Assembly: GCA_900550785.1 (NCBI GenBank)
Contig: URTL01000001.1
Coordinates: forward strand, 1-53,955
Origin: an uncultured Collinsella sp.
GTDB taxonomy: Bacteria > Actinomycetota > Coriobacteriia > Coriobacteriales > Coriobacteriaceae
Reading direction: 5' to 3'
Length of the DNA stretch: 53,955 nt
The notes under the pieces are model-generated. The model ran no database searches, had not been told where the DNA came from, and was given only the letters and a program-made list of their open reading frames with translations. A program made the position numbers and the translations under genes. Positions 49,579 to 53,955 of the stretch are shown one piece after another. Every line of letters begins with the position of its first letter. The stretch's first letter is position 1.

Positions 49579-50256
49579 GAACGCCCGCTCGTTCGCGGCG
49601 TGGGTCGGCCTGACGCCCTCCGAGCATTCCAGCGGGGAGAGCGACCGCAGGGGCGCGATCACCAAGGCCGGCAACAAGCACCTGAGGAAGACGCTGGTCG
49701 AGGCCGCGTGGCACTACCTGACGTGCTCGGGGCGGCCGAAGGGCCTCGCCAAGGTCCAGGCCCCGGACCGGGTCGCCCGGAGGCATGCCGCCAAGGGCGT
49801 GCGGAGGCTTGTCGAAAGGCGGGAGGCGCTGCTCGCGCGCGGGGTCCACGGCAACAAGGCGAACGTGGCCACGGCGCGCGAGCTCGCCTGCTGGGTATGG
49901 GCGGTCGGCCTCATGGCCGAGGAGGCGTAGGGGGGCGGTCCCCCGCACATAAGCCGATCACCCCGGAAGCGGTTCGATCCGAAGCCGTTGAGGCGAACCT
50001 CAGGTCCCTTTTCTGCGAGCGCCCAGGGCGCCACACGCGTGCACAGACTGTCGGTTCGACGTAGAAGCCTCAGCCGTAGCAACGGATTGCCCAGCGAGAG
50101 ATCGCCGCGGGCGGATATTAAACTGCAAAGACGAGCGTCGGTAAGACACGCCGAGGTCGCCGCGGACGGGCTGATATAGGGAGAGGGCCTGACCCCATAT
50201 CGTTGGGGCCAGGCCCGATTTTGCCTCTTGACAATGTCCTGCTCATATTAAAAGGA
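49579..50256 (+). mobile_element. 5'-truncated copy of the IS110/IS1111-type element
   Basis: 678-bp direct repeat of 52301-52978 (one mismatch seen, 49627 vs 52349); contains the transposase 3' end, the non-coding region and the right end. Confidence 0.92.
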
Positions 50257-50526
50257 CAGTCCTTGCCAACCCGGACGGCAAACCGGCCAATCGGCAAGGG
50301 CTGTCCCCGATCGCTAGTCGTTTAAGAACATCCACGACGACCGGGTGGCAAGGAGCCTCCCCAAGCACCGGCTGGAAAGGAACGTCCCCAGGTGACGGGT
50401 CGAGGATAGGCGTGGATTTGGCGCTGATGCGGTCTCAGTCATAGAAAAATCCTCTCCGCCCACAGAGAAGCAGACAGAGAGGATGGCACCCGCTGAAATG
50501 GGTTCGAAATCGAGTGGGCTGACCGC

Positions 50527-50679
50527 CTACTCTTGTTTGGTTCGTTCAATAACCTTTTTGAGAGCCTTTATCAACTTGTAAACGAGATAGATCACCGCAG
50601 CGGTGATTCCGACCTCAACCAGAACTATAGCCAGGAGGGAAACCTCTCCGCCAATGTTGATCTTACCCAACACGCCCAT
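50527..50679 (-). CDS. 50-aa single-TM peptide MGVLGKINIGGEVSLLAIVLVEVGITAAVIYLVYKLIKALKKVIERTKQE
   Basis: Starts 6 nt after the upstream stop; hydrophobic helix plus cationic tail; followed by a terminator hairpin at about 50445-50484; not in the ORF track. Confidence 0.6.
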   Translation of the reverse strand: MGVLGKINIGGEVSLLAIVLVEVGITAAVIYLVYKLIKALKKVIERTKQE

Positions 50680-50685
50680 ATTGAA

Positions 50686-51192
50686 TCACGCTAGATATGT
50701 ATGCAGTCGAGAGCCATTTATTTCAGCTCCAAGAGTATAAGTCGCAGACGCCATACCGCCTACACCGGTAAAAAGAAAGCTCCACTTTGTTCGTTTGGAA
50801 GAAAAACTCTTACTGAAATTCGATAAGGCAGCACCAACGGAAGATGCCTTATGGCCCCACCACGATGTAATGTTGTAGTTCTTGATTGATATCCAGTACT
50901 CAGCATCGAGCACTCCAGTATAGAAGTAAACCTTCCAATTCCCATCAGTAGCGTTGTAGTAGCCGTCCCAAATCGGGGCAACATCAGCTTGCTCTTTCTC
51001 TATCCCAAAAACACCTGTAGAGCCATCTGGCAGCTCGATAGTACGTTCTTGTTTCGGTCCATCATTCAAATCGAAGCATGCGTCGGCAGGCGTCAAATAC
51101 TCAGAAGCATTTGCGGAGGGCAATAAAATAAATCCGGTGGCGAAAAATAGGACAACCATTGCTAACAACAACTTGGGCATTTTTTTCATCAT
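50686..51192 (-). CDS. Secreted protein, DUF5626-like
   Basis: RBS AGGAGG; Sec signal ending ANA; FDL..KQE.TI, GNWKVYFYTG beta-rich mature part; low GC. Family call is from recall. Confidence 0.65.
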   Translation of the reverse strand: MMKKMPKLLLAMVVLFFATGFILLPSANASEYLTPADACFDLNDGPKQERTIELPDGSTGVFGIEKEQADVAPIWDGYYNATDGNWKVYFYTGVLDAEYWISIKNYNITSWWGHKASSVGAALSNFSKSFSSKRTKWSFLFTGVGGMASATYTLGAEINGSRLHTYLA

Positions 51193-51410
51193 GTCCTCCT
51201 GTCACGTGTCATATGTAACGACAGCCGCGGCAATTTAATTATCGCCTAGTTCTGACAATTATTTTTCCGGCACAGCGACTAATCCGCAAAAGGCGCCATT
51301 TTGTCCGTTAGCGGTTTCTTTTTTATCAACAGACGACCAGGTTCCGACAACTATGTATCGGGGGCGCTCTTAAACGGCTGGTCGTTGGGCGCGCTCTTTC
51401 GCCGCCCGGC

Positions 51411-52978
51411 ACAGACGATATGAGCAGGACATAAAAACATTGAGAGCCCCTGCTGCATGAAAGACCGCGGATTAGGCCGACAATGGTGAGTGTCTAATTC
51501 AGCCGCGGCGGCCACGCCGCATTCATGGAAGGGGCTCCCATGCTCGATACTACCACCTTCGTCGGCCTCGACGTCCACGCCCGCTCGATAAAGGCCGTCT
51601 CCCTCGATGTCATGACCGGGGAGGTGCGCGCCGCGACCTTCGGCTACGACGCCGGCGCCGTCGCGGGGTGGGTCCGGTCCGTGGACCCCAAGGCCAAGTG
51701 CGTGTACGAGTCCGGGGTCACGGGGTTCGACCTGCAGAAGAGGCTTTCCGGCCTGGGGGTCGACTGCGTGGTCGGCGCCGTCTCGAAGATGATCAAGCCC
51801 AGCGCGGACAGGCGCAGGAAGAACGACCGCAACGACGCCGAGTTCCTCGCCCGCATGCTGTCGGTCGGCAACGTGGTCGAGGTGTGGGTCCCCGACGACG
51901 AGTGCGAGGCCGCCCGCGACCTGACCAGGGCGCTCGAGGACGCGAGGGACGACCTCTCGCGCTCGAAGCAGCGGCTCTCCAAGTTCCTGCTCAGGCACGG
52001 GCTCGTCTTCGACGAGAGGACGCCCACCGGCCGCAGGAAGGGCAACTGGACCCGGGCGCACTGGTCCTGGATCGAGTCGATAAGGTTCGCGGAGAGGGCC
52101 GACAACGACGTGCTCGCCTACTACGTCGACGCGGTCAGGCGGGCGGCGGAGGAGAAGGCGAGGCTCGAGGGGCTCGTCGAGGCCGAGGCCCGCAAGCCCA
52201 GGTGGAGGAAGAGGGTCGACTCCCTCCGCTGCCTCAAGGGCGTAGACACCGCGACGGCCGCCGACCTCGTGTTCGAGGCCGGCGAGTTCTCGAGGTTCAG
52301 GAACGCCCGCTCGTTCGCGGCGTGGGTCGGCCTGACGCCCTCCGAGCACTCCAGCGGGGAGAGCGACCGCAGGGGCGCGATCACCAAGGCCGGCAACAAG
52401 CACCTGAGGAAGACGCTGGTCGAGGCCGCGTGGCACTACCTGACGTGCTCGGGGCGGCCGAAGGGCCTCGCCAAGGTCCAGGCCCCGGACCGGGTCGCCC
52501 GGAGGCATGCCGCCAAGGGCGTGCGGAGGCTTGTCGAAAGGCGGGAGGCGCTGCTCGCGCGCGGGGTCCACGGCAACAAGGCGAACGTGGCCACGGCGCG
52601 CGAGCTCGCCTGCTGGGTATGGGCGGTCGGCCTCATGGCCGAGGAGGCGTAGGGGGGCGGTCCCCCGCACATAAGCCGATCACCCCGGAAGCGGTTCGAT
52701 CCGAAGCCGTTGAGGCGAACCTCAGGTCCCTTTTCTGCGAGCGCCCAGGGCGCCACACGCGTGCACAGACTGTCGGTTCGACGTAGAAGCCTCAGCCGTA
52801 GCAACGGATTGCCCAGCGAGAGATCGCCGCGGGCGGATATTAAACTGCAAAGACGAGCGTCGGTAAGACACGCCGAGGTCGCCGCGGACGGGCTGATATA
52901 GGGAGAGGGCCTGACCCCATATCGTTGGGGCCAGGCCCGATTTTGCCTCTTGACAATGTCCTGCTCATATTAAAAGGA
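51411..52978 (+). mobile_element. IS110-family element, IS1111-type (exact ends approximate)
   Basis: 15-bp sub-terminal IR ATATGAGCAGGACAT (51418-51432)/ATGTCCTGCTCATAT (52956-52970); TTGACA just inside the right IR; ~300-bp 3' non-coding region. Confidence 0.88.
51540..52652 (+). CDS. IS110-family transposase/recombinase
   Basis: DEDD residues in VGLDVH, VYESG and KNDRNDA; C-terminal GLTPSEHSSG and ITKAGN. Confidence 0.95.
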   Translation: MLDTTTFVGLDVHARSIKAVSLDVMTGEVRAATFGYDAGAVAGWVRSVDPKAKCVYESGVTGFDLQKRLSGLGVDCVVGAVSKMIKPSADRRRKNDRNDAEFLARMLSVGNVVEVWVPDDECEAARDLTRALEDARDDLSRSKQRLSKFLLRHGLVFDERTPTGRRKGNWTRAHWSWIESIRFAERADNDVLAYYVDAVRRAAEEKARLEGLVEAEARKPRWRKRVDSLRCLKGVDTATAADLVFEAGEFSRFRNARSFAAWVGLTPSEHSSGESDRRGAITKAGNKHLRKTLVEAAWHYLTCSGRPKGLAKVQAPDRVARRHAAKGVRRLVERREALLARGVHGNKANVATARELACWVWAVGLMAEEA

Positions 52979-53482
52979 ACCTCCCCAAGTGCCAAGGGTG
53001 TCCCCAACGACTAGTTGAATGGGGTCGGGATTGGAGCTGGGGAGGTAGCGGATTTCTAGCTCTATGCCGAGTTCTTGCAGCTCTTTGAAGGCGGCAACGT
53101 CTGCCTCGTCTACGGCAACGGCGGGCGTTGCGGAACGCTTGCCCTCCCCTGCCTGCATATGGCCAATGCTGATCTTGGTGATCGGCACACCGCCCTTAAC
53201 CAGCGCGAGCGCATCCGCGGGCGACGCCACCATGATGAGAATCCATTGGCGCGGCGTTGCGGTATGAATGATGTCGATGGTCCTTTGCACCGAGAAAAAC
53301 CGCGTCCACACGCCCTCAGGCGCCGCGACCCTCATAGGCGCCCACTTGCGCGAATCCGCCGCAATCTCGTCGTTGACGATTAGGACGAGGTTGGAACCCA
53401 TAGCCTCGTTCCACAGCTCAACGTCTTGCCCGTAAATAAACCGGTCATCGATACGCGTGAGAAGGATCTTGGGTTGAGCCAT
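52970..53482 (-). CDS. PTS mannose/sorbose-family EIIB (AgaV-like), probably degenerate
   Basis: ILLTRIDDRFIYGQ, NLVLIVND, TRFFSVQRTID..IH, GVPITKISIG. The phospho-His is replaced by Tyr, and the stop codon lies in the IS end. Confidence 0.75.
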   Translation of the reverse strand: MAQPKILLTRIDDRFIYGQDVELWNEAMGSNLVLIVNDEIAADSRKWAPMRVAAPEGVWTRFFSVQRTIDIIHTATPRQWILIMVASPADALALVKGGVPITKISIGHMQAGEGKRSATPAVAVDEADVAAFKELQELGIELEIRYLPSSNPDPIQLVVGDTLGTWGGSF

Positions 53483-53639
53483 GGCAGTCCCATTCTGTTT
53501 GAGACTCGTAAGAGCGAGACATCACGCCTCCAATATTAGTGCATTTAAAGTGAGAAAAGCCGTCAGAACACTTGCGCGGATTTGCGATGTCCCGTATCAT
53601 TGACAGCCGTTGACGCCTCAGTTGCGTCATCACATGGCC

Positions 53640-53715
53640 GCCAGCGTAGCTCAGTTGGTAGAGCACCGCTCTCGTAAAGCGGGGGTCACCGGTTCGAGCC
53701 CGGTCGCTGGCTCCA
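53640..53715 (+). tRNA. tRNA-Thr (CGT)
   Basis: Acceptor GCCAGCG/CGCTGGC; D-arm AGCTCAGTTGGTAGAGC; anticodon stem CCGCT-CTCGTAA-AGCGG; GGTTCGAG T-loop; encoded CCA. Confidence 0.97.
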
Positions 53716-53727
53716 TTGCACAAGATA

Positions 53728-53749
53728 GCCGCCTTCGGGCGGCTTTTTT
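53728..53749 (+). terminator. tRNA terminator
   Basis: AGCCGCC-TTCG-GGCGGCT followed by a T-run. Confidence 0.85.
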
Positions 53750-53955
53750 GTTGCCGATTCGCCCACTCGGTGGACTTCGGATTTAATGCTTAGGGGGCGG
53801 GGATTTACCAAAGTGAAATTATAATGAAAAGAAACCCTGCTGCAACAATTGCCATGGTGAGGGCTCGAATTGGCCATATAGATTTAAAATAGCCACGATA
53901 CCTTCTCTTTTGCTGGAACGATATATCTATACAAGGTTGTGAGCGGAAAACAAAA

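Noticed and set aside
48353..49948. 531-aa minus-strand ORF and its 439-aa twin at 51351-52670
   Set aside because: These are antisense to the IS transposase and galM; the shared N-termini only reflect the IS duplication.
50314..50442. 42-codon minus-strand ORF MTETASAPN... with an apparent AGAGGA RBS
   Set aside because: The apparent RBS is one arm of the terminator hairpin of the upstream operon, and the peptide has no recognisable features.
53640..53955. tRNA-Thr as the attachment site of an element in this window
   Set aside because: I found no duplicated tRNA 3' end in the window; the AT-rich sequence downstream is too short to judge.

Overview
GC-rich chromosomal window, probably from a gut Coriobacteriia such as Collinsella (inferred from GC content, codon style and gene content, not verified). 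Core genes are ettA, nadE, a class I/II aminotransferase, ldh, a DUF2974 hydrolase, a nucleoid-associated protein and tRNA-Thr(CGT). A large lactose/tagatose-6-phosphate locus contains lacA-lacB-lacX-lacC, one lacF, three diverged LacI+lacE+lacG modules, a DeoR-type lacR and galM. Accessory inserts: (i) an AT-richer Tat-signal cysteine-peptidase-like gene plus a lipoprotein; (ii) an AT-richer putative RiPP cluster (DUF2087, MFS, frameshifted B12 radical SAM with two C-terminal RRE-like domains, and a 36-aa precursor-like ORF missing from the ORF track); (iii) an ~8.7-kb defence island/prophage remnant bounded by a 13-bp direct repeat from a REP-like element, carrying an ABC-three-component (Lamassu-like) system and an EcoRII-like R-M pair; (iv) a Phd/RelE-ParE TA pair; (v) a full and a partial IS110/IS1111-type element flanking a small secreted-protein cassette. 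The best novelty candidate is in the Lamassu-like operon. Its effector-position protein has no catalytic domain. It starts with an 18-aa G/N/S/T-rich motif that is repeated at the C-terminus of a 65-aa membrane protein encoded just upstream, which is the gene architecture of amyloid signalling.
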